Translations under genes and position numbers: made by a program
Virus record (IMG/VR): IMGVR_UViG_3300032301_001148
Span: 12,049 to 76,048 of that record
Reading direction: 5' to 3' (one strand)
From: a virus
Lineage: Duplodnaviria > Caudoviricetes
DNA: 64,000 bases
Shown: in pieces, positions 1 through 10,163 of the stretch
Numbering within the stretch: position 1 is the first letter of the stretch
Layout: every line of letters begins with the position of its first letter
The notes under the pieces: model-generated
Databases searched by the model: none
What the model was told of the DNA's origin: nothing
Seen by the model: the letters and a program-made list of their open reading frames with translations, nothing else

Positions 1-252
1 ATAGAAAAAGATAGTGAAATAGCTAAACTAAATTTAGATATTAAGTATCTTAAAGAACAACAAGCTTTAGAACTTAAAATAAGTAAAGAATTAAGTGATA
101 ATATAGTAGTTATTAAAGATAAAAGAATACAGCAATTAGAAGATAGTAAAAAATGGGATGATGTTAAGCTATTTGGTTCTATGTTACTAGGAATGGCTTT
201 GTCAGTAACAATATTTTATGCAGCGGTGAAAATAACCAATGTCAATCAATAA
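1..252 (+). CDS. 3' end of a coiled-coil protein with a C-terminal transmembrane helix (partial)
   Basis: Frame 1 open from base 1: IEKDSEIAKLNLDIKYLKEQ...KLFGSMLLGMALSVTIFYAAVKITNVNQ*; not in ORF track. Confidence 0.7.
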   Translation: MEKDSEIAKLNLDIKYLKEQQALELKISKELSDNIVVIKDKRIQQLEDSKKWDDVKLFGSMLLGMALSVTIFYAAVKITNVNQ

Positions 253-631
253 AAAAGACCCTAACTACATAGCTGCTTTAGAAAGAGCGGTAAAAGAAAA
301 GTATGGAGAACAAGCAACAATGCATCCAAAATATTTCTGGAATCAGGATAAAGAACGTGAATATGCCGCAGATACTAAAGAAACGGTTAAAAAGCAGCTA
401 ACTAATGAACAATCCAGAGAAAAAGTAGATTTAGGCGGGATTTTAATACCAAAGAAACTAATTAATAAAAATGAACATAAGTCTTGTTCTGTCTGTAAAC
501 AGTATAGTTTTGATAAAAAAGACGATGTATATTTAAATAAATTCACTACATGTCAAATATGTTATATTCAGCATATAGAAGGTAGAGAAGAAAGATGGAC
601 TAGTGGTTGGCGTCCATATGGAGATAAATAA
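239..631 (+). CDS. Hypothetical protein with two CxxC pairs (possible Zn ribbon)
   Basis: CSVC and CQIC motifs; abuts neighbouring genes. Confidence 0.7.
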   Translation: MSINKKDPNYIAALERAVKEKYGEQATMHPKYFWNQDKEREYAADTKETVKKQLTNEQSREKVDLGGILIPKKLINKNEHKSCSVCKQYSFDKKDDVYLNKFTTCQICYIQHIEGREERWTSGWRPYGDK

Positions 632-1141
632 ATGGCTAGCATTCTAGAAGTTGTAAATGGAATTTCACAAGCAATACACGCTAAACATCATGGTGGAGCA
701 GAAGTAGGCTTAAAGCGTGAAACAGAAGACCTTGTACAAGGAGTTTCTATTTATGACCCCAGAATGATTGATGGTTTCGGAATTCAATATCAAGGTAACA
801 TGTTAATCTTGAAATATCACAGTGAAATGCCAATAGTAAAAGTACATGATAAAAATTTTGAAACTGATATTCGTAGAACTATGAAAGATATTATTTCTTT
901 TATCAAATCTGAATATAAGAAAGTAACTAAAAAGTCTTTAGAATTAACCGAACATGGCGATGTCAACGTAATGGTCCAAAGTGCTAATCGTAGAACCGCT
1001 TACGTTAACGCAACTCAATCTTATCAAATTGGTAACATAGAAGGTTATAACAAAGAAGATAGTAAGCCAGAACAATCTTATGCTGATATTGCTAAGCGCT
1101 GGTTGATGAATGTTAAACAACCAAAAACGTATCTTAAATAG
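632..1141 (+). CDS. Hypothetical phage protein
   Basis: 169-aa ORF directly abutting the upstream gene. Confidence 0.7.
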   Translation: MASILEVVNGISQAIHAKHHGGAEVGLKRETEDLVQGVSIYDPRMIDGFGIQYQGNMLILKYHSEMPIVKVHDKNFETDIRRTMKDIISFIKSEYKKVTKKSLELTEHGDVNVMVQSANRRTAYVNATQSYQIGNIEGYNKEDSKPEQSYADIAKRWLMNVKQPKTYLK

Positions 1142-1157
1142 GTAATAAGGTAATGGC

Positions 1158-2735
1158 ATGGCGTATAAATTATCTAAAGAGGAAATCACTAAAGAAATCC
1201 TAAAGTGTGGCAAAGACCCAGCCTACTTTTTAGATAATTACGCCAAAATTGTTCATCAAAGCAAAGGTTTAATACCATTTAGAACTTTTAAGTTTCAAAA
1301 AGAGTTATTAAACGATTTCCACGACCATCGTTATAACGTAATTTTAAAATCCCGTCAAATGGGTATTTCCACGATTGTATCTGGTTATATTGCATGGATG
1401 CTTTTGTTTCACAAAGAACGCAATGTTCTTGTAATGGCAACGAAACTCAACACGGCAATTGAAATCGTAGAAAAAGTTAAAGACATTATTGATTCAGTGC
1501 CAGCATATATCAAGATTGCTGAAATAACTATTAACAATAAAACTAAACTTGAATTAAGCAACGGTTCTAAAATTCAAGGTGTACCAACTTCAAAAGATGC
1601 AGGCCGTTCTCAAGCGCTATCTTTATTAGTTCTTGACGAAGCAGCTCACGTTGAAGACATGGATGATTTATGGACAGGTTTGTTACCTACAGTTTCTACA
1701 GGTGGTCGCTGTATCGCTCTTTCAACACCAAATGGTGTTGGTAACTGGTTCCATAAAACATATGTAGATGCTGAAAGTGGCCAAAATAACTTTAAACCAA
1801 CTAAATTGCCATGGCACATGCATCCTGAATATACTCAGGAATGGTTTGATAATATGACACGTAACATGAGCAAGCGTCAAATTGCTCAAGAATTTGAATG
1901 TAATTTCAATGCATCTGGTGAAACAGTAATGCATGCAGAAGATATTACTAAATTAAAGAAGCTTATTGTTGAACCAAAACATAGAACTTGGATTGATAGA
2001 AATTATCACATTTGGAAAGAGTATGAACCAAACGGCTCTTATTTATTGTCTGCTGACGTAGCTAGAGGTGATGGAAAAGACTATTCTGTATTTCACGTGT
2101 TAGATGTTAAAAATATGGAACAGGTGGCAGAGTATCAAGGAAAAGTAGACCTTGATAATTTTGCTAAATTACTTTTTGATTCTGGAAAAGAATACGGCAA
2201 TTGCATGATAGTTGTAGAAAATAACAACGTTGGATTTGCGGTATTAACAAAATTAGTTGATATGTTGTATCCAAACGTTTATTATTCACAAAAAGGTTCT
2301 CAAGATTTTATTGACAGTACTTCTGCACAGTATAGTTCTAATTCTGTTCCCGGCTTTACAACAACAATGAAAACCAGACCATTGATTGTAGCTAAATTAG
2401 AAGAATTTATTCGTAATAAAAGTATTAAAATTAATTCACAACGTGTTATAAATGAATTAGATACTTTCGTATGGGTAAATGGCAGACCAGAGGCACAAAA
2501 GGGCTATAACGACGATTTAGTAATGTCTTTGGCAATTGGTTGTTGGGTTAGAGATACTGCGGTAATTAATAATGAAAGAAATTTAGAATATTCTAAAGCA
2601 TTCTTAAATTCAATTATTAAAAGTAGCAATTATTTAGAAACATCAATTCGTAGTTTTCAAAATGAAGATAAAGCTCGTAAAATACAACAAGCACAACAAC
2701 AATACAAAGATTTTTTGTGGCTTATTAAGGGTTAA
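1158..2735 (+). CDS. terL: Terminase large subunit (T4 gp17-like)
   Basis: Walker A-like KSRQMGIST, Walker B LLVLDEAAH, STPNG coupling motif, RNase H-like nuclease (ADVARG...DYS, NDDLVM). Confidence 0.95.
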   Translation: MAYKLSKEEITKEILKCGKDPAYFLDNYAKIVHQSKGLIPFRTFKFQKELLNDFHDHRYNVILKSRQMGISTIVSGYIAWMLLFHKERNVLVMATKLNTAIEIVEKVKDIIDSVPAYIKIAEITINNKTKLELSNGSKIQGVPTSKDAGRSQALSLLVLDEAAHVEDMDDLWTGLLPTVSTGGRCIALSTPNGVGNWFHKTYVDAESGQNNFKPTKLPWHMHPEYTQEWFDNMTRNMSKRQIAQEFECNFNASGETVMHAEDITKLKKLIVEPKHRTWIDRNYHIWKEYEPNGSYLLSADVARGDGKDYSVFHVLDVKNMEQVAEYQGKVDLDNFAKLLFDSGKEYGNCMIVVENNNVGFAVLTKLVDMLYPNVYYSQKGSQDFIDSTSAQYSSNSVPGFTTTMKTRPLIVAKLEEFIRNKSIKINSQRVINELDTFVWVNGRPEAQKGYNDDLVMSLAIGCWVRDTAVINNERNLEYSKAFLNSIIKSSNYLETSIRSFQNEDKARKIQQAQQQYKDFLWLIKG

Positions 2736-2740
2736 ATAAA

Positions 2741-4678
2741 ATGGCAGATAATAAAAATAAATATAACAGTTTGTCTAAGAAGAATCCACGCAATAGTCAA
2801 TCGCCGCTATATACTGGTTTGACTAGATTATTTTCTGGTCCATTAGCTAGCTTTCGTTCACAGGCACAAATTCGTTATAAGCGTCGTGATTTAGACCGCT
2901 ATAAGTTTACTTCTGCTAGTGGTCAAGCCTTTAAGAAAAAGTCCTATAACCCATTTGAAGCCATTCAAAGCAACATTATGGCCAACCAAAGTCGTGCTGA
3001 GCGTTACAGCGACTTTGACCAAATGGAATTCATGCCGGAAATTGCTTCTGCATTAGATATATATGCCGATGAAATGACAACATGTAATTCTTTTAGACAA
3101 GTATTAATAGTTGACAGCAAAAATGAAGAAATAAAAAATATTCTTTATAATCTTTATTATAATATTTTGAATCTAGAAACAAATTTATTTTCTTGGTGCA
3201 GAACCATGTGTAAATTTGGTGATTTCTTTCTTTATTTAGATATTGATGAAAAATTAGGAATTAAGTCTTGCTTAGGATTGCCTTCACCAGAAGTAGAAAG
3301 ACTAGAAGGCGAAGATGAAAGCAATCCTAACTATGTTCAATTCCAATGGAACAGTGCTGGAATGACATTTGAAAATTGGCAAATTGCACACTTTAGAGTA
3401 TTAGGACAGGATAAATATGGTCCATATGGTACCTCTATTCTAGAACCAGCTAGACGTATATGGCGTCAACTACAATTGATGGAAGATGCGATGATGGCAT
3501 ATCGTATTGTTCGTGCCCCTGACCGTCGTGTATTTTATATAGACGTTGGAAACGTAGCACCGGCTGAAGTAGAACAATTCATGCAAAAAATTATTACTCA
3601 AATGAAACGTAACCAAATAATAGACCCAAACACAGGTCGTGTTGATTTACGTTATAACCCAATGAGTATTGATGAAGATTACTTCTTGCCAGTTAGAGGT
3701 ACACAAGGTGGTACTAAAATTGATACACTTCCCGGTGGTCAATTTCAAGGTGATATTGATGACGTACAATATCTTCGTGATAAGCTATTTTCTGCTATTA
3801 AAGTTCCACAAGCATATCTTTCAAGCGCTAAAGATAAAGCTCCAGAAGACAAAAGCACATTAGCTCAAAAAGATATTCGTTTTGCTAGGACTGTACAAAG
3901 ATTGCAAAGAATTATTACTAGCGAATTAGAAAAAATTGGTATTATTCATCTTTATACACTTGGATATCGGAATGAAGATTTACTTAAGTTCAAAATTAAA
4001 CTAAATAATCCATCAAAAATCAGTGAATTACAAGAAATTGAACACTTTAAAGCACAACTAGAAGTGGCTGCATCAGCAAAAGAAAACGGTTTCTCTAAAC
4101 GTTGGATTTATGAAAATATCTTCCGTATGAATGATACAGATTTCTTGCGTATTCAACGTGATTTATATTACGACAAGCAAACTGAAAAAGCTATTGAAGC
4201 AGGAGAAGTAAGTGATACAGGAACAGTAGGCGGTGGTACCACGGCAGCTGATACAGCCGCATTAGGACTAGAAGGCGGCGAAGGTGAAGAAGCACCAGCG
4301 GGAGAAACATCAGCCGAAGAAACACCAGCTCCAGAGGAAGAATCTAATTTATTAGCGGCTCCAGCTAGAAGAGATGATTCATCTTATACAACTCCCGGTG
4401 CAAAAGGTAAAGTTTATACACCAGTAAAATATGATAGCCGTCCAAGTGGTGCCCGTTCAAGACATTTTGAAAGAACTCACACACCTGAATCTACTACCAG
4501 TAAATACAGAAATTTATTTGCCGGTAGCAAACCTTTGTCTCAAGCCAGTAAAGGAATATTTAATGAGTCATCAGAAGGTTTTGAGAGTGATGAAAAAATG
4601 TTGATGGACGTAGAAAATAAGCTCCAAATGCTTTCAAAAACACTACTTAAAGAAGATAAAGAATCGGAGAAAGAATAA
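2741..4678 (+). CDS. Portal protein (T4 gp20-like) with long acidic C-terminal extension
   Basis: RIVRAPDRRVFYIDVGN, EDYFLP, IDTLPGG and KDIRFAR motifs; follows terL. Confidence 0.93.
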   Translation: MADNKNKYNSLSKKNPRNSQSPLYTGLTRLFSGPLASFRSQAQIRYKRRDLDRYKFTSASGQAFKKKSYNPFEAIQSNIMANQSRAERYSDFDQMEFMPEIASALDIYADEMTTCNSFRQVLIVDSKNEEIKNILYNLYYNILNLETNLFSWCRTMCKFGDFFLYLDIDEKLGIKSCLGLPSPEVERLEGEDESNPNYVQFQWNSAGMTFENWQIAHFRVLGQDKYGPYGTSILEPARRIWRQLQLMEDAMMAYRIVRAPDRRVFYIDVGNVAPAEVEQFMQKIITQMKRNQIIDPNTGRVDLRYNPMSIDEDYFLPVRGTQGGTKIDTLPGGQFQGDIDDVQYLRDKLFSAIKVPQAYLSSAKDKAPEDKSTLAQKDIRFARTVQRLQRIITSELEKIGIIHLYTLGYRNEDLLKFKIKLNNPSKISELQEIEHFKAQLEVAASAKENGFSKRWIYENIFRMNDTDFLRIQRDLYYDKQTEKAIEAGEVSDTGTVGGGTTAADTAALGLEGGEGEEAPAGETSAEETPAPEEESNLLAAPARRDDSSYTTPGAKGKVYTPVKYDSRPSGARSRHFERTHTPESTTSKYRNLFAGSKPLSQASKGIFNESSEGFESDEKMLMDVENKLQMLSKTLLKEDKESEKE

Positions 4679-4679
4679 A

Positions 4680-5492
4680 ATGAAACATAATAAGAAAAGA
4701 AATACCGCTTTTCTTTACGAGGTTCTTCTACGTGAAGGCACAAAAGCATCTTTAGAAAAAGATTTTAATCGTTTAAAGGCAATTAAATCTTTAATTGTTG
4801 AATATTTTCACCCTCAAGCAGTTTTAGGATACGAATTATCACTATATAAAGCTTTACGTTCTACAGAAATAGAAAAGTCAATTAGTGAAAAGTATCTAAC
4901 TGAAGTAAAAAATCGTCATAACAATATTGATAAACGTTTATTATTTAATGAACAAACTAAATTAATTAATAAAATTAATAAATCTTTAGGAGCAAATATA
5001 TATAATAATTTTGTTCCTTATTATAAAGATTTAGCAACAATTTCTCAAATATTTAGCGATTCTACTCCAATAAAAGAAAAAATATTACTTGAAGAAGCAC
5101 TATTAAAAGACTTGCAAACCCTTAATGAAAGCGGCAAGCAAGAGTTAAAACCAATTGATGCAATTGTTTACAGAACATTCGTTAAAAAGTTTAATGACAA
5201 ATATTCTAGTTTATTAAGTGAACAAAAAGATTTATTAACAAAATATGTTAGTTCGTTTGCTGATAATAGCCTAGAACTTAAGTTATACCTAAACGAAGAA
5301 ATTAGTAGATTAAACGATAAAATTAATTTTGCTTTACAATCGGAAGAAATTAAATCAGATTTTAGAATGCAAGATAAAACAAAAAAATTGCTATCTGTAT
5401 TACAAGAATTTAAATCTAAAAAAGATTTAACTCCTGACATGTTAGAAAATGTATTAAAAATACAACAATTTGTTCATGAGGTAGAAAGTTAA
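4680..5492 (+). CDS. Hypothetical protein, probably head assembly
   Basis: 270-aa helical ORF immediately after the portal gene. Confidence 0.6.
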   Translation: MKHNKKRNTAFLYEVLLREGTKASLEKDFNRLKAIKSLIVEYFHPQAVLGYELSLYKALRSTEIEKSISEKYLTEVKNRHNNIDKRLLFNEQTKLINKINKSLGANIYNNFVPYYKDLATISQIFSDSTPIKEKILLEEALLKDLQTLNESGKQELKPIDAIVYRTFVKKFNDKYSSLLSEQKDLLTKYVSSFADNSLELKLYLNEEISRLNDKINFALQSEEIKSDFRMQDKTKKLLSVLQEFKSKKDLTPDMLENVLKIQQFVHEVES

Positions 5493-6013
5493 TGCTTAAA
5501 ATTATTGTTAAAGGCTCAACCGGCGAACAAAAAGAAGTAAACATTCGCAAAACTCTTTCTGGTGATTTTATGTTACGGGAACATCCAGAAATTGATATTA
5601 TTGTTGTGCCTGAAAAACAAAAAGTATTGGTATTACCAAAAGATGAACAAAGCGACCACGTTTACAAATTGCAAGAACGTTTATTTAAATATATGGTACA
5701 AAAAGGCGTAATACTACCTGAAAGCGTATTTGCTGGTAATGTTTATGGTTCATTGCAGGGTAACTATCCGCAACAAGCCCCAGAAGGCGTAGACCCATTA
5801 CAGGTTGTTATATATAATCTTGCTAATTTTATAGAAGAAGAACGTCCTAAATACGAATACGAAAAAGCATACGAAGAAGAAATGGAAAAAGAACTTCTCG
5901 TTCCTGATACAGAAGATTCTACAGAATTAGGAGAAGTTCCTCAAGAACCGTTTAAGGGAAGCATTCCTAAATATGGATTCCCAACCCGTGGCATATATCG
6001 TTACAATTATTAG
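5492..6013 (+). CDS. Hypothetical protein
   Basis: 173-aa ORF coupled by a TAATG overlap. Confidence 0.65.
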   Translation: MLKIIVKGSTGEQKEVNIRKTLSGDFMLREHPEIDIIVVPEKQKVLVLPKDEQSDHVYKLQERLFKYMVQKGVILPESVFAGNVYGSLQGNYPQQAPEGVDPLQVVIYNLANFIEEERPKYEYEKAYEEEMEKELLVPDTEDSTELGEVPQEPFKGSIPKYGFPTRGIYRYNY

Positions 6014-6034
6014 TATCTTTTAAGGAGAAAACAT

Positions 6035-6631
6035 ATGAAGGTTACAAAACAACACTTGATGAGTTTAATTAAAGAAGAAGTAGAGTTAATGAAAGAAGAA
6101 CAATTATTGAATGAGCAATATGATGCAGTATTAGAAAAAATTAATACTATGTCTTATGAAGAATTACATGAGGCAGTATTAGGCAGGTTCGCTCAAAAAT
6201 TAGGTAGTGCCGCAGCCGGTGCTGTTAAGACAGGTGCTGAAAAACTTGGTCAAGCAGTTGGTAAAAAAGTAACCGCTGCTAAAACAGCTGTTACTAACAC
6301 ATTAACCGCCGCTAAAGCATCTGTAGATAAAACAAAAGAACAAGTTTTAGCTATGTATGATGAAGCACAAAAAGAAGAAGTTAAAGCAATTATGGCTGCA
6401 GCAAGACAAAAAGCCGCTAGTCAAACAGCGCAAATATTAACTGATTTTGTTTCTTTAGCAAAAAAGAAAAATATTCCAAACCCAGAAGCATTAGCATTAG
6501 GTGTTCTAACAAGTATTTATGACGGTTTCCAAGAACAAATGGGAAAAAATCCACAAACTGGCATGGGTAAAATTGGACAACGTGGCGTTACCGTAGGTGG
6601 TGCAGCAGCTTCCGGCCAAGTAGAAGAATAA
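6035..6631 (+). CDS. Ala/Lys-rich putative internal head protein
   Basis: N-terminus MKVTKQHLMSLIKEE...LLNE; GGAG RBS; in head module. Confidence 0.55.
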   Translation: MKVTKQHLMSLIKEEVELMKEEQLLNEQYDAVLEKINTMSYEELHEAVLGRFAQKLGSAAAGAVKTGAEKLGQAVGKKVTAAKTAVTNTLTAAKASVDKTKEQVLAMYDEAQKEEVKAIMAAARQKAASQTAQILTDFVSLAKKKNIPNPEALALGVLTSIYDGFQEQMGKNPQTGMGKIGQRGVTVGGAAASGQVEE

Positions 6632-6632
6632 A

Positions 6633-7148
6633 ATGAAGTTTAATAGGCAAAAAATTGTAGCTTTAATTCTTGAAGCTTTAAACGAAGAGGATGTTCGTGA
6701 TAAATACGGACATCTTATCTCTACAGATTTGCCTAAATTAAAAAAAGATAGATACCAAATACCTGATAGAGAAATAGTTTTTATATTGCAACCACTTATT
6801 TCATTTGTAAATCAAGAATATGCTAAAATAGCAAATGAAGTTTTACGAGAAATGATAGAGGATGTTGTAAATATAAGAAAATTAAATCCTGATATGGAAA
6901 AAGCGGTTGCTATATTTAATAAAAAATATGATTCCGCTTTTTCAGTTAAGCAAATAAAAAATATATCGCTTGTATTCAAAGTTGCTGAAGAATTACGTGG
7001 AGTTCATAATTTAATAAACTTCTATCAACAGGTAACTAAAAGAGAAGGTATGAAGCCATCTTCATATCAACCTTCAAAAGATACTCCAAGAGAAGCAACA
7101 CCAGTGTTAAAGGAAAAGAAAGTTAAGGTTAAATATAAATGCAATTAA
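6633..7148 (+). CDS. Putative internal head protein
   Basis: N-terminus MKFNRQKIVALILEALNEE resembles that of the neighbouring gene. Confidence 0.5.
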   Translation: MKFNRQKIVALILEALNEEDVRDKYGHLISTDLPKLKKDRYQIPDREIVFILQPLISFVNQEYAKIANEVLREMIEDVVNIRKLNPDMEKAVAIFNKKYDSAFSVKQIKNISLVFKVAEELRGVHNLINFYQQVTKREGMKPSSYQPSKDTPREATPVLKEKKVKVKYKCN

Positions 7149-7405
7149 TAACTTTTATATTAGCTTGCTATGGCATGACAATGATTGTTGTATACGGTAA
7201 AATATTTGAACCTGTTCGTCCAAATCATTATTTTTTCCGTTGTACAATGTGTATGGGATTTTGGGTTGGTTTAATTAATATTTTTATGATTGAACTTCCA
7301 TTTAATGCATTTACAGCTGGCTGCATAAGCTCTGGAACTTCTTACTTATTAAGTCGTTTAGTTGATGATGATGGAATATTAATTAAATTGAAAAAAGAAA
7401 AATAG
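7139..7405 (+). CDS. Small membrane protein
   Basis: Two to three hydrophobic segments and a CTMC motif. Confidence 0.6.
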   Translation: MQLITFILACYGMTMIVVYGKIFEPVRPNHYFFRCTMCMGFWVGLINIFMIELPFNAFTAGCISSGTSYLLSRLVDDDGILIKLKKEK

Positions 7406-7439
7406 GTAACTATTTATAAATGATTGGAGGTGTTTACCT

Positions 7440-7511
7440 ATGAAGCAAGAAATCACCTATATTAGACGTTATTTACTCCAGCCAGTGCGCCGTTGCTGTA
7501 ATGGTAGTTGA
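7440..7511 (+). CDS. Putative 23-aa peptide MKQEITYIRRYLLQPVRRCCNGS
   Basis: GGAGGTG RBS 6-7 nt upstream of ATG, ACTATTTATA motif upstream, hairpin downstream. Confidence 0.45.
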   Translation: MKQEITYIRRYLLQPVRRCCNGS

Positions 7512-7515
7512 ATTT

Positions 7516-7543
7516 AGCCCCGATAAAATATTCGGGGCTTTAA
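7516..7543 (+). terminator. Hairpin, terminator-like
   Basis: AGCCCCGA-loop-TCGGGGCT followed by a short T run. Confidence 0.5.
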
Positions 7544-7559
7544 CCTTTATAAAAACATT

Positions 7560-8171
7560 ATGTCAAAAGAATTATTAAGAGAATGGTACGAATTATGTGA
7601 AGGTGGCGTTTGTCAAGATTTATTGACAGAAGCAGAAAAACTTCATGTTAAAAATGGCGGCCTAATGTTGTCGGGGATTATGCAAAGAGCCGATAAAGAA
7701 AATGGCAATGGTCGTGTTTACGGCAAAACTATTTTAGAACGCGAAATAGAAAATTACAAAAAACTTGTTGAAGACCGTAGAGCTTTGGGTGAATTAGACC
7801 ATCCAGAAGATTCCGTAGTTAATCTTAAAAATGTCTCCCATATGGTTACAGGTATTTGGTGGGATGGCGATGCAGTAATGGGAAAAGTTAAAGTTTTAGA
7901 TACTCCATCAGGAAAAATTCTTCGTTCTCTAGTAGAAAGCGGCGTAAAGCTCGGTATTTCAAGTCGTGGTTTAGGTAGCACAAGAAAAGAATACGGTAAA
8001 ACCATCGTAGAAGATGATTTTCAGTTAATCTGCTTTGATTTCGTTCAAGAACCAAGCACTCCCGGCGCATTTATGATGAGTGAAAGCAAAAAACGCACTC
8101 TAGACCCAAAAGCTATTTGGACAAAAGCAGACCGTTTAAATAGATTATTAAATGATATTGTAAAAGGATAA
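7560..8171 (+). CDS. Prohead core protease (T4 gp21-like)
   Basis: N.NGRVY, ALGELDHP, GISSRGLGS and DFVQEPSTPGA motifs. Confidence 0.95.
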   Translation: MSKELLREWYELCEGGVCQDLLTEAEKLHVKNGGLMLSGIMQRADKENGNGRVYGKTILEREIENYKKLVEDRRALGELDHPEDSVVNLKNVSHMVTGIWWDGDAVMGKVKVLDTPSGKILRSLVESGVKLGISSRGLGSTRKEYGKTIVEDDFQLICFDFVQEPSTPGAFMMSESKKRTLDPKAIWTKADRLNRLLNDIVKG

Positions 8172-8177
8172 AAAGAA

Positions 8178-8576
8178 ATGTCAGAATTTCAATATAAAGC
8201 AGGATTAAATCACGTTGGCAGCTATCAAATAAGCGGTATTCCTTATGTAACAGGAAATTTAGTACTTCCCGCAAATGCAGCAGGTTCTGCATCTTTAGAA
8301 GTTGCATTTCCAAGTGTTACCAGCCTAATAACTTATACAAATCATGGTGGAGTGCATGCAAGAATTGGTTTTAGCAATAATGGTGTTAAAAATACTAATT
8401 TTTATTTAGTTGAACCAAGTGGTAGCGTAGAATTAAAAATTAGAACAACTAAATTATTTTTGATTTCTAATAGTCCAATAGCCACATGTACTTCTGGTAC
8501 TATTGCCGCTTCTCTAACTGGTATTACGGGTTACGATTTAACTACAAATTATTCTGGTAGCAATGGTATAGGATAA
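8178..8576 (+). CDS. Putative virion structural protein (beta-rich)
   Basis: Gly/Ser/Thr-rich 132 aa in head module. Confidence 0.5.
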   Translation: MSEFQYKAGLNHVGSYQISGIPYVTGNLVLPANAAGSASLEVAFPSVTSLITYTNHGGVHARIGFSNNGVKNTNFYLVEPSGSVELKIRTTKLFLISNSPIATCTSGTIAASLTGITGYDLTTNYSGSNGIG

Positions 8577-8583
8577 AATTTAA

Positions 8584-9735
8584 ATGCCCACTTTAATTGA
8601 TTGCGCTGATACTTTAAATTGTGCCACATTATCGGGAAGCGATAACGTTAATGTAGCTTTTCAAGCGGGCGTTCCAAATAAAATTGTTGTTTCTTTAACG
8701 CAGTCTGTTGTTGGATTATCTAACTTAGAAGTTACTGGAACAATTAAAGCAAAAAGCATACAATTATCTAACTCTGGTGGATATAGTTATTTAGAAATTG
8801 GTGCTCCCGTTGGTGCATACATAGATTTAAAAAATCCTGAATCTGATGATTTTGATTTAAGAATAATTTCTGATTCTGCACCAGCTGGTGGCGGTTATTT
8901 GCAAGCTGCCGGTGGAGCAATATTAGCACTATCTGGAAGTAATGTTGGAATTGGTACAAAATCACCATCTACCGAGTTAGACATTAGAGCAAATGGTTTT
9001 AATAATTTAGATATGATATCAGCCGGTGCAAGTGCTGGCTCATATGTTTCCATGAAGCGTTCTAGAGGAACAATAGATTCTCGTACAATATTATCTAGCG
9101 GCGATTATGTTGGAGGATATTTATTTTATGGATACGACGGGGACCAAGATGTTATCTTGGGAGGAATGTACGGCATAGTTGATGGCGCACCCAGTGATAA
9201 TGATATGCCGGGAGCTTTAGCATTTTCTACTACTGCTGATGGTGCCAGCGGTGTTACCGAAAGAATGAGAATTAATGCTGCCGGTAATGTCGGTATTGGA
9301 AGCACCAATCCCGGCTATACTCTAACTGTTACAGGGTCAATAGCAGCTAGCAATTTACTTGGCGGTGCCACTACTTTAAGCGTAGATGCCACAGGACAAA
9401 TAATTAGAACTCCTTCAGATGAAAGATTAAAAGAAAATATTCAATCACTAACAGGCTCATTAGAATTAATTTCATTAATGAATCCAGTTAGATTTAATTG
9501 GAAAAATAAAGAATTATTTGGCGATAAAACAGATATAGGTTTAATAGCACAAGAAGTAAAAGAATTATTTCCTGAAACAGTAAGTACAGATAATGATGGA
9601 GTTTATGGTTTAGATTATACTAGATTAGTTCCTGTACTTGTTGATGGCGTTAAACAACTCAAACAAGAAAATGATGATTTAAAATCTAAACTAGATGATG
9701 TCTTAAAAAGACTTTCTTTATTAGAAACTAAATAA
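8584..9735 (+). CDS. Fibre/spike protein with C-terminal intramolecular chaperone (peptidase S74-like)
   Basis: Repeated GNVGIG motif; SDERLKENI...RFNWK...IGLIAQEV followed by coiled coil. Confidence 0.85.
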   Translation: MPTLIDCADTLNCATLSGSDNVNVAFQAGVPNKIVVSLTQSVVGLSNLEVTGTIKAKSIQLSNSGGYSYLEIGAPVGAYIDLKNPESDDFDLRIISDSAPAGGGYLQAAGGAILALSGSNVGIGTKSPSTELDIRANGFNNLDMISAGASAGSYVSMKRSRGTIDSRTILSSGDYVGGYLFYGYDGDQDVILGGMYGIVDGAPSDNDMPGALAFSTTADGASGVTERMRINAAGNVGIGSTNPGYTLTVTGSIAASNLLGGATTLSVDATGQIIRTPSDERLKENIQSLTGSLELISLMNPVRFNWKNKELFGDKTDIGLIAQEVKELFPETVSTDNDGVYGLDYTRLVPVLVDGVKQLKQENDDLKSKLDDVLKRLSLLETK

Positions 9736-9791
9736 TTTTAATTGAACATATTTATAGCAATATAATAAGATACTATTTATTGCGAGGACTT

Positions 9792-10160
9792 ATGAAAAAA
9801 GAAGAATTAAAACAAATTATCAAGCCTTTAATAAAAGAATGTTTAAAGGAAGTATTAGTAGAAGAAGGTTTTGCAAAAATGTTAAGCGAAACAAAACAAT
9901 CTCTTCCTGTACAAGAAATCAAAAAACCGGTTCAACAAAGCGTCAATATTAAACCAACCGCACTGTTAGAAGCAAAGAAAAAAATGCTGGATGCAATTGG
10001 CAATACTGGCTTTGATGCGTTTGCTAACACACAACCCTTACAAGAAGACAAAGAAATTGTTGGTAATGACCCCGGCATAGACATTAGCAAATTATTAGAA
10101 AACAAACAAGTTTGGAAACAAACATTAAATGCCATGAATGGCAAGAAAGTAAAAGAGTAA
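9792..10160 (+). CDS. Putative internal head protein
   Basis: N-terminus MKKEELKQIIKPLIKECLKEVLVEE; GAGG RBS; start refined from 9780. Confidence 0.6.
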   Translation: MKKEELKQIIKPLIKECLKEVLVEEGFAKMLSETKQSLPVQEIKKPVQQSVNIKPTALLEAKKKMLDAIGNTGFDAFANTQPLQEDKEIVGNDPGIDISKLLENKQVWKQTLNAMNGKKVKE

Positions 10161-10163
10161 AGT

